Positions 1 to 12,300 of a DNA stretch of 64,000 bases are shown piece by piece (the first letter of the stretch is position 1; every line of letters starts with the position of its first letter). Position numbers and translations under genes: made by a program. The notes under the pieces are model-generated. The model made no database searches. It saw only the letters and a list, made by a program, of their open reading frames with translations, and was not told where the DNA came from. The DNA is from Auanema rhodensis. Its lineage: Eukaryota; Animalia; Nematoda. Location: NCBI GenBank assembly GCA_964057225.1, contig OZ059900.1:20646001-20710000 (forward strand), given 5' to 3'.

Positions 1-342
1 AAAATCGATTTAATCAATATTAGCCTTAAGGGGCGTGCCCTCAGAATATGCTAATTTCCTTAATTTTCTAACCCCTGTTTTTTTGTCGTGAAAGTAGAAC
101 TAGACGTTGTACGAACAATTTTGAGCTAGGTTTCGTTGACATTGCATGAGTTTGAACACATGAAATCGTAAGTCAAAACCTTGTTTACAGCGAAATTTCC
201 AAAAACTGGTTTTCCAGCATAATAAAATATTTCTCGTGGGAAATACTGTGTTTTTGTATTTTTCTAGTGTTCAGCATGTAAAATGCTTCATTTTAGTATG
301 TAACACGCTGAAATTCGTTGCATTTGACGACTCATATGAACA
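1..342 (+). repeat. Representative 342-bp monomer (arbitrary phase), ~66% AT, with many A/T tracts and short dyads
   Basis: The period is read directly: T of AAAATCG is at 5 and 347. A hand count gives about 116 G+C in 342 for the consensus. There is one GC-rich island, AGGGGCGTGCCC, at 29-40. Confidence 0.97.
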
Positions 343-3300
343 AAAATCGATTTAATCAATATTAGCCATAAGGGGCGTGCCCTCAGAATATGCTAATTTC
401 CTTAATTTTCTAACCCCTGTTTTTTTGTCGTGAAAGTGGAACTAGACGTTGTACGAACAATTTTGAGCTAGGTTTCGTTGACATTGCATGAGTTTGAACA
501 CATGAAATCGTAAGTCAAAACCTTGTTTACAGCGAAATTTCCAAAAACTGGTTTTCCAGCATAATAAAATATTTCTCATGGGAAATACTGTGTTTTTGTA
601 TTTTTTCAGTGTTCAGCATGTAAAATGCTTCATTTTCGTATGTAACACGCTGAAATTCGTTGCATTTGACGACTCATATGAACAAAAGTCGATTTAATCA
701 ATATTAGCCATAAGGGGCGTGCCCTCAGAATATGCTAATTTCCTTAATTTTCTAACCCCTGTTTTTTTGTCGTGAAAGTGGAACTAGACGTTGTACGAAC
801 AATTTTAAGCTAGGTTTCATTGACATTGCATGAGTTTGAACACATGAAATCGTAAGTCAAAACCTTGTTTACAGCGAAATTTCCAAAAACTGGTTTTCCA
901 GCATAATAAAATATTTCTCATGGGAAATACTGTGTTTTTGTATTTTTCTAGTGTTCAGCATGTAAAATGCTTCATTTTAGTATGTAACACGCTGAAATTC
1001 GTTGCATTTGACGACTCATATGAACAAAAATCGATTTAATCAATATTAGCCTTAAGGGGCGTGCCCTCAGAATATGCTAATTTCCTTAATTTTCTAACCC
1101 CTGTTTTTTTGTCGTGAAAGTAGAACTAGACGTTGTACGAACAATTTTGAGCTAGGTTTCGTTGACATTGCATGAGTTTGAACACATGAAATCGTAAGTC
1201 AAAACCTTGTTTACAGCGAAATTTCCAAAAACTGGTTTTCCAGCATAATAAAATATTTCTCATGGGAAATACTGTGTTTTTGTATTTTTCCAGTGTTCAG
1301 CATGTAAAATGCTTCATTTTAGTATGTAACACGCTGAAATTCGTTGCATTTGACGACTCATATGAACAAAAATCGATTTAATCAATATTAGCCATAAGGG
1401 GCGTGCCCTCAGAATATGCTAATTTCCTTAATTTTCTAACCCCTGTTTTTTTGTCGTGAAAGTGGAACTAGACGTTGTACGAACAATTTTGAGCTAGGTT
1501 TCGTTGACATTGCATGAGTTTGAACACATGAAATCGTAAGTCAAAACCTTGTTTACAGCGAAATTTCCAAAAACTGGTTTTCCAGCATAATAAAATATTT
1601 CTCATGGGAAATACTGTGTTTTTGTATTTTTCCAGTGTTCAGCATGTAAAATGCTTCATTTTAGTATGTAACACGCTGAAATTCGTTGCATTTGACGACT
1701 CATATGAACAAAAATCGATTTAATCAATATTAGCCATAAGGGGCGTGCCCTCAGAATATGCTAATTTCCTTAATTTTCTAACCCCTGTTTTTTTGTCGTG
1801 AAAGTGGAACTAGACGTTGTACGAACAATTTTGAGCTAGGTTTCATTGACATTGCATGAGTTTGAACACATGAAATCGTAAGTCAAAACCTTGTTTACAG
1901 CGAAATTTCCAAAAACTGGTTTTCCAGCATAATAAAATATTTCTCATGGGAAATACTGTGTTTTTGTATTTTTCTAGTGTTCAGCATGTAAAATGCTTCA
2001 TTTTAGTATGTAACACGCTGAAATTCGTTGCATTTGACGACTCATATGAACAAAAATCGATTTAATCAATATTAGCCATAAGGGGCGTGCCCTCAGAATA
2101 TGCTAATTTCCCTAATTTTCTAACCCCTGTTTTTTTGTCGTGAAAGTGGAACTAGACGTTGTACGAACAATTTTGAGCTAGGTTTCATTGACATTGCATG
2201 AGTTTGAACACATGAAATCGTAAGTCAAAACCTTGTTTACAGCGAAATTTCCAAAAACTGGTTTTCCAGCATAATAAAATATTTCTCATGGGAAATACTG
2301 TGTTTTTGTATTTTTCTAGTGTTCAACATGTAAAATGCTTCATTTTAGTATGTAACACGCTAAAATTCGTTGCATTTGACGACTCATATGAACAAAAATC
2401 GATTTAATCAATATTAGCCATAAGGGGCGTGCCCTCAGAATATGCTAATTTCCCTAATTTTCTAACCCCTGTTTTTTTGTCGTGAAAGTGGAACTAGACG
2501 TTGTACGAACAATTTTGAGCTAGGTTTCGTTGACATTGCATGAGTTTGAACACATGAAATCGTAAGTCAAAACCTTGTTTACAGCGAAATTTCCAAAAAC
2601 TGGTTTTCCAGCATAATAAAATATTTCTCATGGGAAATACTGTGTTTTTGTATTTTTCTAGTGTTCAGCATGTAAAATGTTTCATTTTAGTATGTAACAA
2701 GCTGAAATTCGCTGCATTTGACGACTCATATGAACAAAAATCGATTTAATCAATATTAGCCATAAGGGGCGTGCCCTCAGAATATGCTAATTTCCTTAAT
2801 TTTCTAACCCCTGTTTTTTTGTCGTGAAAGTGGAACTAGACGTTGTACGAACAATTTTGAGCTAGGTTTCATTGACATTGCATGAGTTTGAACACATGAA
2901 ATCGTAAGTCAAAACCTTGTTTACAGCGAAATTTCCAAAAACTGGTTTTCCAGCATAATAAAATATTTCTCATGGGAAATACTGTGTTTTTGTATTTTTC
3001 TAGTGTTCAGCATGTAAAATGCTTCATTTTAGTATGTAACACGCTAAAATTCGTTGCATTTGACGACTCATATGAACAAAAATCGATTTAATCAATATTA
3101 GCCATAAGGGGCGTGCCCTCAGAATATGCTAATTTCCCTAATTTTCTAACCCCTGTTTTTTTGTCGTGAAAGTGGAACTAGACGTTGTACGAACAATTTT
3201 GAGCTAGGTTTCATTGACATTGCATGAGTTTGAACACATGAAATCGTAAGTCAAAACCTTGTTTAAAGCGAAATTTCCAAAAACTGGTTTTCCAGCATAA

Positions 3301-6300
3301 TAAAATATTTCTCATGGGAAATACTGTGTTTTTGTATTTTTCTAGTGTTCAGCATGTAAAATGCTTCATTTTAGTATGTAACACGCTGAAATTCGTTGCA
3401 TTTGACGACTCATATGAACAAAAATCGATTTAATCAATATTAGCCATAAGGGGCGTGCCCTCAGAATATGCTAATTTCCTTAATTTTCTAACCCCTGTTT
3501 TTTTGTCGTGAAAGTGGAACTACACGTTGTACGAACAATTTTGAGCTAGGTTTTATTGACATTGCATGAGTTTGAACACATGAAATCGTAAGTCAAAACC
3601 TTGTTTACAGCGAAATTTCCAAAAACTGGTTTTCCAGCATAATAAAATATTTCTCGTGGGAAATACTGTGTTTTTGTATTTTTCTAGTGTTCAGCATGTA
3701 AAATGTTTCATTTTAGTATGTAACACGCTGAAATTCTTTGCATTTGACGACTCATATGAACAAAAATCGATTTAATCAATATTAGCCATAAGGGGCGTGC
3801 CCTCAGAATATGCTAATTTCCTTAATTTTCTAACCCCTGTTTTTTTGTCGTGAAAGTGGAACTAGACGTTGTACGAACAATTTTGAGCTAGGTTTCATTG
3901 ACATTGCATGAGTTTGAACACATGAAATCGTAAGTCAAAACCTTGTTTACAGCGAAATTTCCAAAAACTGGTTTTCCAGCATAATAAAATATTTCTCATG
4001 GGAAATACTGTGTTTTTGTATTTTTCTAGTGTTCAGCATGTAAAATGCTTCATTTTAGTATGTAACACGCTGAAATTCGTTGCATTTGACGACTCATATG
4101 AACAAAAATCGATTTAATCAATATTAGCCATAAGAGGCGTGCCCTCAGAATATGCTAATTTCCTTAATTTTCTAACCCCTGTTTTTTTGTCGTGAAAGTC
4201 GAACTAGACGTTGTACGAACAATTTTGAGCTAGGTTTCATTGACATTGCATGAGTTTGAACACATGAAATCGTAAGTCAAAACCTTGTTTACAGCGAAAT
4301 TTCCAAAAACTGGTTTTCCAGCATAATAAAATATTTCTCGTGGGAAATACTGTGTTTTTGTATTTTTCTAGTGTTCAGCATGTAAAATGCTTCATTTTAG
4401 TATGTAACACGCTGAAATTCGTTGCATTTGACGACTCATATGAACAAAAATCGATTTAATCAATATTAGCCATAAGGGGCGTGCCCTCAGAATATGCTAA
4501 TTTCCTTAATTTTCTAACCCCTGTTTTTTTGTCGTGAAAGTGGAACTAGACGTTGTACGAACAATTTTGAGCTAGGTTTCATTGACATTGCATGAGTTTG
4601 AACACATGAAATCGTAAGTCAAAACCTTGTTTACAGCGAAATTTCCAAAAACTGGTTTTCCAGCATAATAAAATATTTCTCATGGGAAATACTGTGTTTT
4701 TGTATTTTTCTAGTGTTCAGCATGTAAAATGCTTCATTTTAGTATGTAACACGCTGAAATTCGTTGCATTTGACGACTCATATGAACAAAAATCGATTTA
4801 ATCAATATTAGCCATAAGGGGCGTGCCCTCAGAATATGCTAATTTCCTTAATTTTCTAACCCCTGTTTTTTTGTCGTGAAAGTGGAACTAGACGTTGTAC
4901 GAACAATTTTGAGCTAGGTTTCATTGACATTGCATGAGTTTGAACACATGAAATCGTAAGTCAAGACCTTGTTTACAGCGAAATTTCCAAAAACTGGTTT
5001 TCCAGCATAATAAAATATTTCTCATGGGAAATACTGTGTTTTTGTATTTTTCTAGTGTTCAGCATGTAAAATGCTTCATTTTAGTATGTAACACGCTGAA
5101 ATTCGTTGCATTTGACGACTCATATGAACAAAAATCGATTTAATCAATATTAGCCATAAGGGGCGTGCCCTCAGAATATGCTAATTTCCTTAATTTTCTA
5201 ACCCCTGTTTTTTTGTCGTGAAAGTGGAACTAGACGTTGTACGAACAATTTTGAGCTAGGTTTCATTGACATTGCATGAGTTTGAACACATGAAATCGTA
5301 AGTCAAAACCTTGTTTACAGCGAAATTTCCAAAAACTGGTTTTCCAGCATAATAAAATATTTCTCATGGGAAATACTGTGTTTTTGTATTTTTCTAGTGT
5401 TCAGCATGTAAAATGCTTCATTTTAGTATGTAACACGCTGAAATTCGTTGCATTTGACGACTCATATGAACAAAAATCGATTTAATCAATATTAGCCATA
5501 AGGGGCGTGCCCTCAGAATATGCTAATTTCCTTAATTTTCTAACCCCTGTTTTTTTGTCGTGAAAGTGGAACTAGACGTTGTACGAACAATTTTGAGCTA
5601 GGTTTCATTGACATTGCATGAGTTTGAACACATGAAATCGTAAGTCAAAACCTTGTTTACAGCGAAATTTCCAAAAACTGGTTTTCCAGCATAATAAAAT
5701 ATTTCTCATGGGAAATACTGTGTTTTTGTATTTTTCTAGTGTTCAGCATGTAAAATGCTTCATTTTAGTATGTAACACGCTGAAATTCGTTACATTTGAC
5801 GACTCATATGAACAAAAATCGATTTAATCAATATTAGCCATAAGGGGCGTGCCCTCAGAATATGCTAATTTCCTTAATTTTCTAACCCCTGTTTTTTTGT
5901 TGTGAAAGTGGAACTAGACGTTGTACGAACAATTTTGAACTAGGTTTCATTGACATTGCATGAGTTTGAACACATGAAATCGTAAGTCAAAACCTTGTTT
6001 ACAGCGAAATTTCCAAAAACTGGTTTTCCAGCATAATAAAATATTTCTCGTGGGAAATACTGTGTTTTTGTATTTTTCTAGTGTTCAGCATGTAAAATGG
6101 TTCATTTTAGTATGTAACACGCTGAAATTCGTTGCATTTGACGACTCATATGAACAAAAATCGATTTAATCAATATTAGCCATAAGAGGCGTGCCCTCAG
6201 AATATGCTTATTTCCTTAATTTTCTAACCCCTGTTTTTTTGTCGTGAAAGTCGAACTAGACGTTGTACGAACAATTTTGAGCTAGGTTTCATTGACATTG

Positions 6301-9300
6301 CATGAGTTTGAACACATGAAATCGTAAGTCAAAACCTTGTTTACAGCGAAATTTCCAAAAACTGGTTTTCCAGCATAATAAAATATTTCTCATGGGAAAT
6401 ACTGTGTTTTTATATTTTTCTAGTGTTCAGCATGTAAAATGCTTCATTTTAGTATGTAACACGCTGAAATTCGTTGCATTTGACGACTCATATGAACAAA
6501 AATCGATTTAATCAATATTAGCCATAAGGGGCGTGCCCTCAGAATATGCTAATTTCCTTAATTTTCTAACCCCTGTTTTTTTGTCGTGAAAGTGGAACTA
6601 GACGTTGTACGAACAATTTTGAGCTAGGTTTCATTGACATTGCATGAGTTTGAACACATGAAATCGTAAGTCAAAACCTTGTTTACAGCGAAATTTCCAA
6701 AAACTGGTTTTCCAGCATAATAAAATATTTCTCATGGGAAATACTGTGTTTTTGTATTTTTCTAGTGTTCAGCATGTAAAATGGTTCATTTTAGTATGTA
6801 ACACGCTGAAATTCGTTGCATTTGACGACTCATATGAACAAAAATCGATTTAATCAATATTAGCCATAAGGGGCGTGCCCTCAGAATATGCTAATTTCCT
6901 TAATTTTCTAACCCCTGTTTTTTTGTTGTGAAAGTGGAACTAGACGTTGTACGAACAATTTTGAACTAGGTTTCATTGACATTGCATGAGTTTGAACACA
7001 TGAAATCGTAAGTCAAAACCTTGTTTACAGCGAAATTTCCAAAAACTGGTTTTCCAGCATAATAAAATATTTCTCGTGGGAAATACTGTGTTTTTGTATT
7101 TTTCTAGTGTTCAGCATGTAAAATGGTTCATTTTAGTATGTAACACGCTGAAATTCGTTGCATTTGACGACTCATATGAACAAAAATCGATTTAATCAAT
7201 ATTAGCCATAAGAGGCGTGCCCTCAGAATATGCTTATTTCCTTAATTTTCTAACCCCTGTTTTTTTGTCGTGAAAGTCGAACTAGACGTTGTACGAACAA
7301 TTTTGAGCTAGGTTTCATTGACATTGCATGAGTTTGAACACATGAAATCGTAAGTCAAAACCTTGTTTACAGCGAAATTTCCAAAAACTGGTTTTCCAGC
7401 ATAATAAAATATTTCTCGTGGGAAATACTGTGTTTTTGTATTTTTCTAGTGTTCAGCATGTAAAATGCTTCATTTTAGTATGTAACACGCTGAAATTCGT
7501 TGCATTTGACGACTCATATGAACAAAAATCGATTTAATCAATATTAGCCATAAGGGGCGTGCCCTCAGAATATGCTAATTTCCTTAATTTTCTAACCCCT
7601 GTTTTTTTGTCGTGAAAGTGGAACTAGACGTTGTACGAACAATTTTGAGCTAGGTTTCATTGACATTGCATGAGTTTGAACACATGAAATCGTAAGTCAA
7701 AACCTTGTTTACAGCGAAATTTCCAAAAACTGGTTTTCCAGCATAATAAAATATTTCTCATGGGAAATACTGTGTTTTTGTATTTTTCTAGTGTTGAGCA
7801 TGTAAAATGCTTCATTTTAGTATGTAACACGCTGAAATTCGTTGCATTTGACGACTCATATGAACAAAAATCGATTTAATCAATATTAGCCATAAGGGGC
7901 GTGCCCTCAGAATATGCTAATTTCCTTAATTTTCTAACCCCTGTTTTTTTGTCGTGAAAGTGGAACTAGACGTTGTACGAACAATTTTGAGCTAGGTTTC
8001 ATTGACATTGCATGAGTTTGAACACATGAAATCGTAAGTCAAAACCTTGTTTACAGCGAAATTTCCAAAAACTGGTTTTCCAGCATAATAAAATATTTCT
8101 CATGGGAAATACTGTGTTTTTATATTTTTCTAGTGTTCAGCATGTAAAATGCTTCATTTTAGTATGTAACACGCTGAAATTCGTTGCATTTGACGACTCA
8201 TATGAACAAAAATCGATTTAATCAATATTAGCCATAAGGGGCGTGCCCTCAGAATATGCTAATTTCCTTAATTTTCTAACCCCTGTTTTTTTGTCGTGAA
8301 AGTGGAACTAGACGTTGTACGAACAATTTTGAGCTAGGTTTCATTGACATTGCATGAGTTTGAACACATGAAATCGTAAGTCAAAACCTTGTTTACAGCG
8401 AAATTTCCAAAAACTGGTTTTCCAGCATAATAAAATATTTCTCATGGGAAATACTGTGTTTTTGTATTTTTCTAGTGTTCAGCATGTAAAATGCTTCATT
8501 TTAGTATGTAACACGCTGAAATTCGTTGCATTTGACGACTCATATGAACAAAAATCGATTTAATCAATATTAGCCATAAGGGGCGTGCCCTCAGAATATG
8601 CTAATTTCCTTAATTTTCTAACCCCTGTTTTTTTGTCGTGAAAGTGGAACTAGACGTTGTACGAATAATTTTGAGCTAGGTTTCATTGACATTGCATGAG
8701 TTTGAACACATGAAATCGTAAGTCAAAACCTTGTTTACAGCGAAATTTCCAAAAACTGGTTTTCCAGCATAATAAAATATTTCTCATGGGAAATACTGTG
8801 TTTTTGTATTTTTCTAGTGTTCAGCATGTAAAATGCTTCATTTTAGTATGTAACACGCTGAAATTCGTTGCATTTGACGACTCATATGAACAAAAATCGA
8901 TTTAATCAATATTAGCCATAAGGGGCGTGCCCTCAGAATATGCTAATTTCCTTAATTTTCTAACCCCTGTTTTTTTGTCGTGAAAGTGGAACTAGACGTT
9001 GTACGAACAATTTTGAGCTAGGTTTCATTGACATTGCATGAGTTTGAACACATGAAATCGTAAGTCAAAACCTTGTTTACAGCGAAATTTCCAAAAACTG
9101 GTTTTCCAGCATAATAAAATATTTCTCATGGGAAATACTGTGTTTTTATATTTTTCTAGTGTTCAGCATGTAAAATGCTTCATTTTAGTATGTAACACGC
9201 TGAAATTCGTTGCATTTGACGACTCATATGAACAAAAATCGATTTAATCAATATTAGCCATAAGGGGCGTGCCCTCAGAATATGCTAATTTCCTTAATTT

Positions 9301-12300
9301 TCTAACCCCTGTTTTTTTGTCGTGAAAGTGGAACTAGACGTTGTACGAACAATTTTGAGCTAGGTTTCATTGACATTGCATGAGTTTGAACACATGAAAT
9401 CGTAAGTCAAAACCTTGTTTACAGCGAAATTTCCAAAAACTGGTTTTCCAGCATAATAAAATATTTCTCATGGGAAATACTGTGTTTTTGTATTTTTCTA
9501 GTGTTCAGCATGTAAAATGCTTCATTTTAGTATGTAACACGCTGAAATTCGTTGCATTTGACGACTCATATGAACAAAAATCGATTTAATCAATATTAGC
9601 CATAAGGGGCGTGCCCTCAGAATATGCTAATTTCCTTAATTTTCTAACCCCTGTTTTTTTGTCGTGAAAGTGGAACTAGACGTTGTACGAACAATTTTGA
9701 GCTAGGTTTCATTGACATTGCATGAGTTTGAACACATGAAATCGTAAGTCAAAACCTTGTTTACAGCGAAATTTCCAAAAACTGGTTTTCCAGCATAATA
9801 AAATATTTCTCATGGGAAATACTGTGTTTTTGTATTTTTCTAGTGTTCAGCATGTAAAATGCTTCATTTTAGTATGTAACACGCTGAAATTCGTTGCATT
9901 TGACGACTCATATGAACAAAAATCGATTTAATCAATATTAGCCATAAGGGGCGTGCCCTCAGAATATGCTAATTTCCTTAATTTTCTAACCCCTGTTTTT
10001 TTGTCGTGAAAGTGGAACTAGACGTTGTACGAACAATTTTGAGCTAGGTTTCATTGACATTGCATGAGTTTGAACACATGAAATCGTAAGTCAAGACCTT
10101 GTTTACAGCGAAATTTCCAAAAACTGGTTTTCCAGCATAATAAAATATTTCTCATGGGAAATACTGTGTTTTTGTATTTTTCTAGTGTTCAGCATGTAAA
10201 ATGCTTCATTTTAGTATGTAACACGCTGAAATTCGTTGCATTTGACGACTCATATGAACAAAAATCGATTTAATCAATATTAGCCATAAGGGGCGTGCCC
10301 TCAGAATATGCTAATTTCCTTAATTTTCTAACCCCTGTTTTTTTGTCGTGAAAGTGGAACTAGACGTTGTACGAACAATTTTGAGCTAGGTTTCATTGAC
10401 ATTGCATGAGTTTGAACACATGAAATCGTAAGTCAAAACCTTGTTTACAGCGAAATTTCCAAAAACTGGTTTTCCAGCATAATAAAATATTTCTCATGGG
10501 AAATACTGTGTTTTTGTATTTTTCTAGTGTTCAGCATGTAAAATGCTTCATTTTAGTATGTAACACGCTGAAATTCGTTGCATTTGACGACTCATATGAA
10601 CAAAAATCGATTTAATCAATATTAGCCATAAGGGGCGTGCCCTCAGAATATGCTAATTTCCTTAATTTTCTAACCCCTGTTTTTTTGTCGTGAAAGTGGA
10701 ACTAGACGTTGTACGAACAATTTTGAGCTAGGTTTCATTGACATTGCATGAGTTTGAACACATGAAATCGTAAGTCAAAACCTTGTTTACAGCGAAATTT
10801 CCAAAAACTGGTTTTCCAGCATAATAAAATATTTCTCATGGGAAATACTGTGTTTTTGTATTTTTCTAGTGTTCAGCATGTAAAATGCTTCATTTTAGTA
10901 TGTAACACGCTGAAATTCGTTACATTTGACGACTCATATGAACAAAAATCGATTTAATCAATATTAGCCATAAGGGGCGTGCCCTCAGAATATGCTAATT
11001 TCCTTAATTTTCTAACCCCTGTTTTTTTGTTGTGAAAGTGGAACTAGACGTTGTACGAACAATTTTGAACTAGGTTTCATTGACATTGCATGAGTTTGAA
11101 CACATGAAATCGTAAGTCAAAACCTTGTTTACAGCGAAATTTCCAAAAACTGGTTTTCCAGCATAATAAAATATTTCTCGTGGGAAATACTGTGTTTTTG
11201 TATTTTTCTAGTGTTCAGCATGTAAAATGGTTCATTTTAGTATGTAACACGCTGAAATTCGTTGCATTTGACGACTCATATGAACAAAAATCGATTTAAT
11301 CAATATTAGCCATAAGAGGCGTGCCCTCAGAATATGCTTATTTCCTTAATTTTCTAACCCCTGTTTTTTTGTCGTGAAAGTCGAACTAGACGTTGTACGA
11401 ACAATTTTGAGCTAGGTTTCATTGACATTGCATGAGTTTGAACACATGAAATCGTAAGTCAAAACCTTGTTTACAGCGAAATTTCCAAAAACTGGTTTTC
11501 CAGCATAATAAAATATTTCTCATGGGAAATACTGTGTTTTTATATTTTTCTAGTGTTCAGCATGTAAAATGCTTCATTTTAGTATGTAACACGCTGAAAT
11601 TCGTTGCATTTGACGACTCATATGAACAAAAATCGATTTAATCAATATTAGCCATAAGGGGCGTGCCCTCAGAATATGCTAATTTCCTTAATTTTCTAAC
11701 CCCTGTTTTTTTGTCGTGAAAGTGGAACTAGACGTTGTACGAACAATTTTGAGCTAGGTTTCATTGACATTGCATGAGTTTGAACACATGAAATCGTAAG
11801 TCAAAACCTTGTTTACAGCGAAATTTCCAAAAACTGGTTTTCCAGCATAATAAAATATTTCTCATGGGAAATACTGTGTTTTTGTATTTTTCTAGTGTTC
11901 AGCATGTAAAATGCTTCATTTTAGTATGTAACACGCTGAAATTCGTTGCATTTGACGACTCATATGAACAAAAATCGATTTAATCAATATTAGCCATAAG
12001 GGGCGTGCCCTCAGAATATGCTAATTTCCTTAATTTTCTAACCCCTGTTTTTTTGTCGTGAAAGTGGAACTAGACGTTGTACGAACAATTTTGAGCTAGG
12101 TTTCATTGACATTGCATGAGTTTGAACACATGAAATCGTAAGTCAAAACCTTGTTTACAGCGAAATTTCCAAAAACTGGTTTTCCAGCATAATAAAATAT
12201 TTCTCATGGGAAATACTGTGTTTTTGTATTTTTCTAGTGTTGAGCATGTAAAATGCTTCATTTTAGTATGTAACACGCTGAAATTCGTTGCATTTGACGA

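Noticed and set aside
221-226. AATAAA polyadenylation signal and TTGACA -35-like hexamer (136-141) in each monomer
   Set aside because: These are short motifs expected by chance in 66% AT DNA, with no gene context.
313-329. CENP-B-box-like ATTCGTTGCATTTGACG
   Set aside because: It matches the TTCG and central A of NTTCGNNNNANNCGGGN but lacks the essential CGGG.
1-342. Giant repetitive ORF (342 is divisible by 3)
   Set aside because: All six frames have a stop in each monomer: + strand TAA 52-54, TAA 11-13, TAG 21-23; - strand stops at TTA 10-12, TCA 14-16, CTA 51-53.
1-342. 5S rRNA, tRNA, snRNA or spliced-leader gene repeat, or MITE
   Set aside because: I found no recognisable conserved RNA-gene motifs, cloverleaf, terminal inverted repeats or target-site duplications.
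1-342. Assignment to a named satellite family or species (e.g. ~340-360-bp beetle or plant satellites)
   Set aside because: Length and AT content are compatible but not diagnostic, and I do not recognise the sequence. A BLASTN of the consensus against nt, Repbase or Dfam is needed.
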